Shown: one piece after another, positions 19,361 to 28,567 of the stretch | Layout: each line of letters begins with the position of its first letter | Position numbering within the stretch: position 1 is the stretch's first letter | Assembly (NCBI GenBank): GCA_905233625.1 | Contig: CAJOFJ010000004.1 | Coordinates: 3,130 to 67,129 of the forward strand | Length of the DNA: 64,000 nt | From: an uncultured Bacteroidales bacterium | GTDB lineage: Bacteria > Bacteroidota > Bacteroidia > Bacteroidales > WCHB1-69 | Reading direction: 5' to 3' | Translations under genes and position numbers: made by a program | The notes under the pieces: generated by a model | Database searches by the model: none | Seen by the model: the letters and a program-made list of their open reading frames with translations, nothing else | Told to the model about the DNA's origin: nothing

Positions 19361-21130
19361 ATGAAAGAAATCAGCAGACTTTTCGATATTTTGAATCGTT
19401 ATGAGGAAAAATATCCCAAACAGACCGTAGCTTTAGGCTGTAAAAGAGATCAGAAATGGGTGACTTTTTCACCTGCAAAATACAAAGAAATGACCGACAA
19501 TATCAGCTATGCGCTGATGAAGCTGGGAGTGGAACCCGGTGACAAAGTCGGCATTATCGCCAACAACCGCCCTGAATGGAACATGCTGGACATGGGAATC
19601 ATGCAGATTGGAGCCATCACTGTTCCGGTATACCCGACCATCAGCGAAGCCGACTACAAATATATTGTCGGCCACTCCGACATGAAGGTGGTTTTTGTGG
19701 AAGGCGTGGAAGTGATGAACAAGATCAGCAACATCATGGGCGACACTCCGAAACTGGAGAAAGTTTATACTTTCATCAACCGCGACCGTTTCCCTTATCT
19801 GGACCAGCTCATTGAGATGGGTCGTGAGAACGCCAACCCCGAAGAGTTGAAGCGACGCAGCGACGCCGTGAAAGAGGAGGACTGCTCCACCATCATGTAC
19901 ACCTCCGGCACCACGGGACATCCCAAGGGTGTGATGCTGTCGCACAGGAATATTGTCCACCAGCTGTTGAATCTGAGACAAACCCCGGCCAAATGGTCCA
20001 ACAAAGCCTTCAGTTTCCTACCCATCTGCCATGCTTACGAGCGAATGCTGGTGTTTTTATACCAATATTTAGGCATGTCGGTGTACTATGCACAGAATTT
20101 AGGCACCATTGCCGAGAACATCAAGGAGGTGAATCCCACCATGATGTCGGCGGTACCGCGTGTATTGGAAAAATTCTACGACAAAATCTGGAATTCCAAA
20201 TTCAACATGAAACCGATGGCCCAGAAAATCTTCGTATGGGCTGTTGAGTTAGCCAAGCAATACAAGATTCAAGACTACGAACGTTCCGCCTGGTATAACT
20301 TCAAGCTTAAAATTGCCGACAAACTGGTTTACAAGAAGATACGTGAAAAAATCGGTGGCAATTTCGACATTGTGGTATCAGGTGCCGCCAGCATCCAGCC
20401 ACATTTAGCCTCCTTCTTTTCCGCCATCGGCATGCCCGTTTTTGAAGGTTACGGAAGCACAGAGACTTCTCCTGTAATTGCCGTGAGCTGCCGTGACCGT
20501 GACGGACGTGAAGTGGGCACTGTGGGCTTCCCGCTGCCTGGCGTGGAAATCAAGTTCGCCGACAATGGCGAGTTGCTGTGCCGCGGTCACAACGTGATGA
20601 TGGGCTACTACAAGAACCCTGAACTCACTGACGAGGTCATCGACAAAGACGGCTGGTACCACACCGGCGACATGGGCCGTCGCAACGAAAAAGGCCAGAT
20701 TTTCATCACTGGACGAATCAAGAGTTTGTTCAAGACTTCTTTCGGCAAATACATCAATCCCGAAGCCTTGGAGGAAAAATTCTGTGAATCACCGTTCATC
20801 GCCAATATGATGGTGGTTGGTGAGAACCAAAAATTCGCCGCAGCGGTCATTGCCCCGGATTTTGAGTTCCTGAAAGGCTGGTGTAGCCGCCACGAGATGA
20901 AGTTCACCACCCCCGACGACATGGTGCACAATCCCGAAATCCTCAAACGTTACAATCGTGAAGTGCAAAGTTACAACAAAAATTTCGGCGATTTCGAACA
21001 AATCAAGAAATTTATCCTGGTACCCGACGAGTGGACTATCAAAAACGAGATTCTCACCCCGACGTTGAAGGTGAAGAGACGTTTTGTACAGGAAAGATAT
21101 GCTAACAGAATTGAAGAGATGTTCAAATAG
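19361..21130 (+). CDS. fadD: Long-chain fatty acid--CoA ligase (AMP-dependent synthetase)
   Basis: IMYTSGTTGHPKGV, EGYGSTETSP, GWYHTGD, GRIKSLFKTSFGKYI, LTPTLK. Confidence 0.9.
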   Translation: MKEISRLFDILNRYEEKYPKQTVALGCKRDQKWVTFSPAKYKEMTDNISYALMKLGVEPGDKVGIIANNRPEWNMLDMGIMQIGAITVPVYPTISEADYKYIVGHSDMKVVFVEGVEVMNKISNIMGDTPKLEKVYTFINRDRFPYLDQLIEMGRENANPEELKRRSDAVKEEDCSTIMYTSGTTGHPKGVMLSHRNIVHQLLNLRQTPAKWSNKAFSFLPICHAYERMLVFLYQYLGMSVYYAQNLGTIAENIKEVNPTMMSAVPRVLEKFYDKIWNSKFNMKPMAQKIFVWAVELAKQYKIQDYERSAWYNFKLKIADKLVYKKIREKIGGNFDIVVSGAASIQPHLASFFSAIGMPVFEGYGSTETSPVIAVSCRDRDGREVGTVGFPLPGVEIKFADNGELLCRGHNVMMGYYKNPELTDEVIDKDGWYHTGDMGRRNEKGQIFITGRIKSLFKTSFGKYINPEALEEKFCESPFIANMMVVGENQKFAAAVIAPDFEFLKGWCSRHEMKFTTPDDMVHNPEILKRYNREVQSYNKNFGDFEQIKKFILVPDEWTIKNEILTPTLKVKRRFVQERYANRIEEMFK

Positions 21131-21173
21131 ACATTTTCTTAATACCAAATACCCATTAACCCAGCATTCAATT

Positions 21174-21202
21174 AACCGGTCAAATTATTGGCCGGTTTTT
21201 TT
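21174..21202 (+). terminator. Intrinsic terminator
   Basis: AACCGGTCAA-atta-TTGGCCGGTT followed by a T run. Confidence 0.75.
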
Positions 21203-21261
21203 GCTTTGATTTTTATTAGTAAAAAATTTGGGAGAAAGATAAGAAATAGATAAAAAAAGAC

Positions 21262-21269
21262 TATCTTTG
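21262..21269 (+). promoter_or_regulatory. -7 promoter element for the R-M operon
   Basis: TATCTTTG ~25 nt before ATG 21295. Confidence 0.55.
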
Positions 21270-21294
21270 CAAATGAATGTTTCAACATCTAGTT

Positions 21295-24285
21295 ATGGCG
21301 CTTGAAAAACAAATAGAAGACCAGTTTATCCGTTATTTAAGCGAGAATCTGAAATATGTCTATCGTGAGGACATTCACGATAGGGACTCACTTGAGCGGA
21401 ATTTTCGTGAGAAGTTCCAAGCCTTGAATCGTTGTCATTTGACCGATAACGAGTTCGCCCGTTTGTTGGAGGAAATCACGGATTCGGATGTGTTCAATGC
21501 TTCGAAGCGGCTGCGTGAGCGCAATACTTTCATGCGTGAGGATGGGACGCCGTTGCAATATATGCTAGTGAACATCAAGGACTGGTGCAAGAATGATTAT
21601 GAGGTGATTCATCAGTTGCGCATGAACACACGAAACAGTTTCCAACGCTATGATGTGATACTGCTTATCAACGGTTTGCCTGTGGTGCAGATTGAATTGA
21701 AGACTTTGGATGTTAGTCCGCGCCGCGCCATGCAGCAAATTGTGGACTACAAAAACGATGTCGGCAATGGTTATACTAATTCGCTGCTATGCTTCATGCA
21801 GATGTTTATTGTCAGCAACCAGCACAACACATATTATTTCGCCAACAATAACAAGGAGCATTTCAACTTCAATGCTGAGGAAAAATATCTGCCTGTATAT
21901 CAATGGGCTGATGAGAAAAACCAAAAGATAACAGGTTTGGAGGCTTTTTCGGATGCTTTCTTGCAAAAGTGCCGTTTGGGTGAAATGATTAGCCGCTATA
22001 TGGTTTTGGTGGCTTGTGAACGGAAGGTGCTGATGATGCGCCCCTATCAGATTTATGCGGTGAAGGCGATTGTCAGTTGCATCAACGAGAACCGAGGAAA
22101 CGGCTACATTTGGCATACCACGGGTAGCGGTAAGACACTTACTTCATTCAAAGCTTCAACGTTATTGAAGGACAATCCTGAAATTGAGAAATGCCTCTTT
22201 GTGGTGGACCGCAAAGACCTCGACAAGCAAACTCGCGAGGAATTCAACAAGTTCCAAGAGGGTTGTGTGGAGGAAAACACCAACACAGATGCGCTTGTTC
22301 GCCGTATGCTTTCTGAAGACTATGCCGACAAGATAATTGTGACCACCATTCAAAAATTGGGTATTGCCCTCGATCCGCAAAATCGCCGCAACTATCAGGA
22401 AAGGCTTATGCCGTTGAGAGACAAACGGGTGGTGTTTATCTTTGATGAGTGCCACCGTTCACAATTCGGCGACAACCACAAAGTCATCAAGGAGTTTTTC
22501 CCGAAAGCGCAGTTGTTTGGTTTTACGGGAACACCCATCTTTGAGGCAAATGCCACCTATACCCAAATCACAGGCGAGGAGGCCCAATACAAGACCACGA
22601 AAGATGTCTTCCAAAAGGAACTGCACGCCTACACCATTACCAATGCTATTGAGGACAGGAATGTGCTGCGTTTCCATGTGGATTACTTCAAACCTGAAAA
22701 GTCGGATATGGCGGGCGAGACAGTGAAGAAATCAGCTGTTGTGCGTACCATTTTGGGCAAGCATCGTGCAGCCACCGCCGACGGGCGTTTCAATGCCATC
22801 CTTGCTACGGGTTCCATCAATGAGGCTATCGAGTATTATCATCTGTTCAAGGAGATGCAAGCACAAAAGTTGGAAATGGATAATACATACGAGCCTTTGA
22901 ACATTGCTTGCGTGTTTTCTCCGCCCGCTGAGGGTAATCGTGATATCCAGCAGATTCAAGAGGACTTGCCACAGGAACAAAAAGACAACGAGCTGGAACC
23001 CGACAAGAAAAAGGCTGCATTGACGACCATCATTGACGATTACAACAAGCAGTTCGGCACCAACCATTCTGTGACAGAGTTTGATGCCTACTATCAGGAT
23101 GTGCAGCAGCGCATCAAGAACCAGCAATACAGTAATAAGGACTATGCTCACAAGAACAAAATCGATATTACGATTGTGGTGGATATGCTGCTGACGGGTT
23201 TCGATTCCAAGTATCTGAATACGCTGTATGTCGATAAAAACTTGAAATACCACGGTTTGGTGCAGGCCTTTTCGCGCACCAACCGTATCTTAAACGACAG
23301 CAAGCCTTACGGAAACATATTGGACTTTCGTGGTCAACAAGAGGCCGTGGATACCGCCATTGCCTTGTTCTCGGGCGAGAAGAAGGAAGAAGCTCGACAG
23401 ATCTGGTTGGTGGAACCTGCTTCGGTTATCAGGAAGAAATACCTTGATGCGGTGAATGGTTTGCGCAATTTCATGGCACTTCATCATCTTGATTTTAAGG
23501 CGGAGGATGTGTTCAATCTGAAAGGTGACGATGCCAAGGCTGGTTTCATCGTTTGCTTCAAAGAAGTGCAGCGACTCAAGACACAACTCGACCAATATAC
23601 TGACCTTGTGGAAGTTGAAGAGGAAAACGCTCCGAGTTTTGTGGCAGAGCCGCAAGCATCGTATGGTTTCACTGATGATGACTTGCGGGCCTTCCGTGGA
23701 GCCTATCTCGACATTGCTCGTGAACTGAAAACCCGAAGGGAAAAGTCGGGAGCGGCTATTCCGAACGAAGTGGAGGAACTTGATTTTGAGTTTGTCCTGT
23801 TTGCCTCGGCCATGATTGACTACGACTATATCATGGAATTGATTTCCAAGTGCATGGGTCAGCCGGCCAAGTGGAAGATGACCAAAGAGGAATTGGTCAA
23901 CCTGATTCGTTCAAGTGCCAACCTGCTTGATGATCGCGAGGACATTATTGCCTACATTGACAGCCTTGATGGCGTGAATGGTCGCACAGAACAGGAAATC
24001 AAGGAAAGTTATGAAGTTTTCAAGACGGAGAAATATGCCAAGGAACTGATGGTCATTGCCGAAAAACATGGTTTGAGTGTGGCCTCGTTGCAGGCTTTTG
24101 TGAACGACATTGTGGAACGCAAGATTTTCGACGGCGAGAAGTTGAACGGCTTACTTGAGCCCCTTGATTTGGGTTGGCGCGACCGTACCCGCAAGGAGAC
24201 CGAATTGATGAACGACCTTGTGCCGTTGCTGAAACGTTTGGTGCCGGGACAGGAGATTTCGGGATTGAAGGCGTATGAGGAATAG
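21295..24285 (+). CDS. hsdR: Type I restriction endonuclease subunit R
   Basis: RYDVILLINGLPVVQIELK nuclease motif, WHTTGSGKT, DECHRSQFG, FGFTGTP, MLLTGFD, QAFSRTNR. Confidence 0.96.
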   Translation: MALEKQIEDQFIRYLSENLKYVYREDIHDRDSLERNFREKFQALNRCHLTDNEFARLLEEITDSDVFNASKRLRERNTFMREDGTPLQYMLVNIKDWCKNDYEVIHQLRMNTRNSFQRYDVILLINGLPVVQIELKTLDVSPRRAMQQIVDYKNDVGNGYTNSLLCFMQMFIVSNQHNTYYFANNNKEHFNFNAEEKYLPVYQWADEKNQKITGLEAFSDAFLQKCRLGEMISRYMVLVACERKVLMMRPYQIYAVKAIVSCINENRGNGYIWHTTGSGKTLTSFKASTLLKDNPEIEKCLFVVDRKDLDKQTREEFNKFQEGCVEENTNTDALVRRMLSEDYADKIIVTTIQKLGIALDPQNRRNYQERLMPLRDKRVVFIFDECHRSQFGDNHKVIKEFFPKAQLFGFTGTPIFEANATYTQITGEEAQYKTTKDVFQKELHAYTITNAIEDRNVLRFHVDYFKPEKSDMAGETVKKSAVVRTILGKHRAATADGRFNAILATGSINEAIEYYHLFKEMQAQKLEMDNTYEPLNIACVFSPPAEGNRDIQQIQEDLPQEQKDNELEPDKKKAALTTIIDDYNKQFGTNHSVTEFDAYYQDVQQRIKNQQYSNKDYAHKNKIDITIVVDMLLTGFDSKYLNTLYVDKNLKYHGLVQAFSRTNRILNDSKPYGNILDFRGQQEAVDTAIALFSGEKKEEARQIWLVEPASVIRKKYLDAVNGLRNFMALHHLDFKAEDVFNLKGDDAKAGFIVCFKEVQRLKTQLDQYTDLVEVEEENAPSFVAEPQASYGFTDDDLRAFRGAYLDIARELKTRREKSGAAIPNEVEELDFEFVLFASAMIDYDYIMELISKCMGQPAKWKMTKEELVNLIRSSANLLDDREDIIAYIDSLDGVNGRTEQEIKESYEVFKTEKYAKELMVIAEKHGLSVASLQAFVNDIVERKIFDGEKLNGLLEPLDLGWRDRTRKETELMNDLVPLLKRLVPGQEISGLKAYEE

Positions 24286-24307
24286 AAAAAGATAAAAACA
24301 TAATAGA

Positions 24308-26188
24308 ATGAGAGTAAACACAAAACAAGCGGTAAAATTGTTCTTCCAAAACCCTTCTTTAGAACAGGTGTTTAAGGAAGCCATTGCCAATTCTCTTGAT
24401 GCAAATGCTACAGAGATTAAAGTCAATGTTTTCATTGATTCTTTTGAAAAACAAGAAACGTTGCAAATAGAGATTGTTGATAATGGAGAAGGTTTTACGG
24501 ATGCGCGTTACGATAAGTTTTGTGAGTTGTTGAAAGTTGAAGAAGATACTCACAAAGGTGTTGGCCGATTGGTGTATCTAAGTTATTTCGACAAAATCGA
24601 AGTCTCGAGCTATTTTGGCGGGAAGCATCGTACTTTTACTTTTAACGATGAATTTGATAAGGAAAAAACTGACATGAAGTTGTCAGTTGACGAGACGAGG
24701 AAACAAGAAACGACGCTGGCCTTTAAGAATTGTTCATTGCAAAGGTTAAGTAGTAATTCTGTCATAACCCCAGAGTATTTAAAACGGCAGATTCTGCTGG
24801 AGTTTTACCCTAGGTTGTATTTGCTGAAAAAAGCTGGAAAAGAAATCAAGATTACTTTCAAAATAGATATACCTCATAAGAGCAAGAAACACTTTGTTGG
24901 TTCTTATGAGAAAGAGATTTCGAGCAATGATATTCCAGACATGCAAACAACACCTATTAATGCTGATGTTGTGAAAATGTATGAGAATACCCAATTGGAT
25001 TATTCAGTAAAGAAATCGGATCCGTATTCGGAAACGTTTTTAATGACCGCACTGTGTGTTGATAACAGGACTCAAGTGTTGGAGGACATTATAGCGCCTG
25101 AGAATTTGCCTAAGTTGGGATATTCGATAGTCTTTATTTTACGTTCGTCGTTTTTTGATGGCAAAGTTGATGCGGCAAGACAAACGCTTACATTGAAAGA
25201 GGCGGATCTAAAGACAATTAAAGCTTTGTTTAGGGAAAAAGTTGCAGAGATTATTGAAAGGGAGATTCCTTCAATTAAAGAACAAAACCAGAAAACAAGA
25301 GAATCATTGAATAAGACTTATCCTCATCTTTTAGGCTATTTTAAGAAAGAAGAAGTGGGTATTATAGAACGTTCTCAATCTATTGAGGAAGCTCAGAAAC
25401 GTTTTATGCGAGACCAAAAGGACATTTTGGAAGCACAATCATTAGAAGGTGATAGGTATGATAAAGCTCTGGATGTGTCTTCAAGAACTTTAGCCCAATA
25501 CATTTTATATAGGGAAAAGATAATCCAAAAAGTTGAAGCTATAACAAAAGACAATCCTGAAGCAGACATCCATAACATTATTCTTCCTCAAAAAAACGTG
25601 TTCAAAGAAGGTGATTTAGATTGTATTTATAACAATAATCTTTGGCTACTTGACAACAAGTATATGACATACACAACGGCGATGTCAGATAAGACGATGA
25701 AGCAGGTGATTGAAGAAATAACACAAACGCCAGCGGAAACTGACAATGATCGCCCTGATATAGTCGTGATGTTTTCAAATGATCCTCAGAACTCTCAAGA
25801 CAAGTCTGTTGATGTCGTTGTTATTGAACTCAAGAAAAGAGGGATTAAACTTGCAAAAACAGAAGAAGCCATCAGCCAACTGAAGCAACGTGCTATTAAG
25901 TTGTTGAAATACTATCCAAATAAGATCCAACGGATGTGGTTTTATGCCATCGTTGAATTCAATGATGAGTTCAAGTTGTCGCTAATCAATGATGAATACA
26001 CGCCTTTGTTTTCCAAAGACAGTTTGTATTATAAAGAGAATAAGCTACAACTATCACTTGATGACCCGACCAAATATCCAATCGGTACGTATGTGCTTTC
26101 CATCGATGCATTTATTAAGGACGCAAAAGCAAACAATGAGGTGTTTTTGAATATACTTAAAGATGGCTTTAAGCAAAAACAACAGTGA
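24308..26188 (+). CDS. GHKL (MutL/MORC/Hsp90-like) ATPase fused to a putative PD-(D/E)xK nuclease domain
   Basis: EAIANSLDA, DNGEG, HKGVGR at the N-terminus; NNLWLLD, then RPDI...IELKK at the C-terminus; visibly AT-richer than hsdR. Confidence 0.75.
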   Translation: MRVNTKQAVKLFFQNPSLEQVFKEAIANSLDANATEIKVNVFIDSFEKQETLQIEIVDNGEGFTDARYDKFCELLKVEEDTHKGVGRLVYLSYFDKIEVSSYFGGKHRTFTFNDEFDKEKTDMKLSVDETRKQETTLAFKNCSLQRLSSNSVITPEYLKRQILLEFYPRLYLLKKAGKEIKITFKIDIPHKSKKHFVGSYEKEISSNDIPDMQTTPINADVVKMYENTQLDYSVKKSDPYSETFLMTALCVDNRTQVLEDIIAPENLPKLGYSIVFILRSSFFDGKVDAARQTLTLKEADLKTIKALFREKVAEIIEREIPSIKEQNQKTRESLNKTYPHLLGYFKKEEVGIIERSQSIEEAQKRFMRDQKDILEAQSLEGDRYDKALDVSSRTLAQYILYREKIIQKVEAITKDNPEADIHNIILPQKNVFKEGDLDCIYNNNLWLLDNKYMTYTTAMSDKTMKQVIEEITQTPAETDNDRPDIVVMFSNDPQNSQDKSVDVVVIELKKRGIKLAKTEEAISQLKQRAIKLLKYYPNKIQRMWFYAIVEFNDEFKLSLINDEYTPLFSKDSLYYKENKLQLSLDDPTKYPIGTYVLSIDAFIKDAKANNEVFLNILKDGFKQKQQ

Positions 26189-26189
26189 T

Positions 26190-27363
26190 ATGGAAACTGG
26201 AGAAAAGAAAAACATACCTATCCTCCGCTTCCCCGATTTTGTAAATGATGGGGAATGGGAAGAAGCAAAAGTTGGTGATGTTATCAATACACTAACACCA
26301 CCAAAGAAATTAACTTCAAGTGAATATGAAAAAACAGGGAAATATCCAATAATAGACCAATCACAAAATTTCATTTGTGGTTATTCAGATGACGAGGATG
26401 CTTTGATGAATCATAATAATGAAGATTTGATTGTTTTTGGGGATCACACCTGTGTTTTGAAATTTGTTAGTTTCCCGTTTATTCAGGGTGCGGATGGAAT
26501 AAAGATTATCAAGTCTAAAGATTCGAATAAACTTGTTGAGTCTTTCCTTTTTCAGTCTTTACTAAATAATCCTGTAGTTTCGAGGGAATATAAAAGACAT
26601 TTTTCTGAATTAAAAGAAAAGGAGCTCTGTTTTTCGCATAATATTGCTGAACAACAAAAAATTTCATCATGTCTTTTTTCGATGGATGCATATATTTCAG
26701 CAACAAAGGAAAAACTAGAACTTTTGAAAACATACAAGAAAGGCCTGATGCAGAATCTTTTCCCCGCCAAAGGCAAAAAACTACCTGAACTACGCTTCAA
26801 GGAATTTGAGAAGGAAGGGCAATGGGTAGAAAAAAGATTGGGAGAGGTTACAAAAGATGTAAATCGTAGAAACAAAAGCAATCGGAACCTTCCCATTTAT
26901 TCAATTAGCAATAAAGACGGTATTATTCTTCAATCCGAGCAGTTTGATGGTCTTGACAGTATTAGCAGAGGATACGATACTTCGTTATACAAAATAGTTA
27001 CAAGCAATACTTTTGCATATAATCCAGCCAGAATAAATGTAGGTTCTATAGGATATAGTGTCATTGTATGTGTGCTTTAAAACAACTGAAGATGTTGATG
27101 ATTCGTTTTTAATGTATTTCTTCGACACTTCATCTTTTAACCAAAGTGTGGAAAACAATGTGGAAGGAGGAATTAGGAGTTATTTGTTTTATGAGAATTT
27201 CTCGAAAATTAAAATATTGTTTCCGTCTATTTCGGAGCAAAAGAGAATAGTATCTTTCTTGAAAGCTATAGATGAAATAATCGATGCGCTTTCCAATAAG
27301 ATTTCTGAATTGGAAAGATACAAAATAGGAATGATGCAAAAAATGTTTCCAATAATTAAATGA
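26190..27363 (+). pseudogene. hsdS: Type I R-M specificity subunit S, frameshifted near 27060 inside TRD2
   Basis: PILRFPDF...W, central EQQKIS...KKGLMQNLFP...LRFKEF repeat, second EQKRIV...MMQKMFP in ORF 27058-27363. Confidence 0.88.
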
Positions 27364-28565
27364 CAAACAAAATGAAAAACAAACCAAAGATATACGAGTA
27401 TAAAACTTTGAATAATGTTGTAACAAGATTACGCGATGATTTGTCCAAAGAGTCAGGATCAAAAGTCGTGTTGTTGTATGCATTCAACAGGACAGGAAAA
27501 ACACGTTTGTCGATGGCTTTTAAAGACAAAGGGAAGAAAAAGAATAAAGGCAAAGCGGATACATTGTATTATAATGCTTTCACAGAAGACCTGTTTGTAT
27601 GGAACAATGATTTGGAACACGATCAAATCAGATATTTGAAAATCAATGAGCAGTCTAACTTTTTCAGTGGTTTTAAAGGTTTGGCTTTGGAAGAAAGAAT
27701 ACACGGTCATCTTGAAAGATTTGCTGAGTTTAATTTTAAGATAGATTATGATGCTTGGAAAGTGTCTTTTAGTCGAGAGATTCCCAATCCCAAATACAAT
27801 CCGCATAATGATGAACCTGAAAGAATAATTCAAGAAAATATTAAAATATCGAGAGGAGAAGAGAATATTTTTGTCTTTTCTGTTTTCATGTCAATATGCG
27901 ATTTAGTCATTGAAGGTAAAGAGGAATATAGTTGGGTGAAATACATTTACATTGACGACCCTATTTCATCATTGGACGAAAACAATGCTATCACACTGGC
28001 ATCCGACTTGTCAAATATGATTAAAGATGATTTCGAGAAGCACAATGATACTGGAGGTCACAGGAAATACGTGATTTCTTCTCATCATTCTCTGTTTTTC
28101 AACATTGTCTATAACGAGTTGAAAAAATCATCGTCCAACTCATATTTCCTGTATAAGACCAAGAAAGAAACATACAAGTTGCAATCGACAGACGATTCGC
28201 CTTTCTTTCATCATATTGAGCAGCTTTGTGAATTGAACCAAGTTGTCAAACAATACGAAGAGATTGAGAAAGGGGATTCAAAATTGGAACAATCATCCAT
28301 TCTTAAGACATATCATTTCAATATGCTTCGTGCCATTTTCGAAAAAACATCTATCTTCTTCGGGCATGAGGATTTTTCATATTGTTTAAAAGATTTCCCA
28401 GACAAAGAATTGTTTGTACGTGCTGTACAAATAATGAGTCATGGGAAATACTCGATATTTGCCCCCAAAGGAATGTTAAAAGAAAATGCGGATTTGTTCG
28501 TTCGTATTTTTAAGACATTTGTCGAACAATATAAATTTGAATTACCGGAAATTTTTTTTGAATAA
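27360..28565 (+). CDS. prrC: PrrC-like anticodon nuclease (ABC-ATPase + HEPN-type RNase)
   Basis: YAFNRTGKTRLS, LYYNAFTEDLF.W.ND, ISRGEE, YIDDPISSLD, YHFNMLRAIFEKT and MSHG match my recollection of E. coli PrrC motifs; lies inside a type I R-M operon. Confidence 0.88.
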   Translation: MTNKMKNKPKIYEYKTLNNVVTRLRDDLSKESGSKVVLLYAFNRTGKTRLSMAFKDKGKKKNKGKADTLYYNAFTEDLFVWNNDLEHDQIRYLKINEQSNFFSGFKGLALEERIHGHLERFAEFNFKIDYDAWKVSFSREIPNPKYNPHNDEPERIIQENIKISRGEENIFVFSVFMSICDLVIEGKEEYSWVKYIYIDDPISSLDENNAITLASDLSNMIKDDFEKHNDTGGHRKYVISSHHSLFFNIVYNELKKSSSNSYFLYKTKKETYKLQSTDDSPFFHHIEQLCELNQVVKQYEEIEKGDSKLEQSSILKTYHFNMLRAIFEKTSIFFGHEDFSYCLKDFPDKELFVRAVQIMSHGKYSIFAPKGMLKENADLFVRIFKTFVEQYKFELPEIFFE

Positions 28566-28567
28566 AT

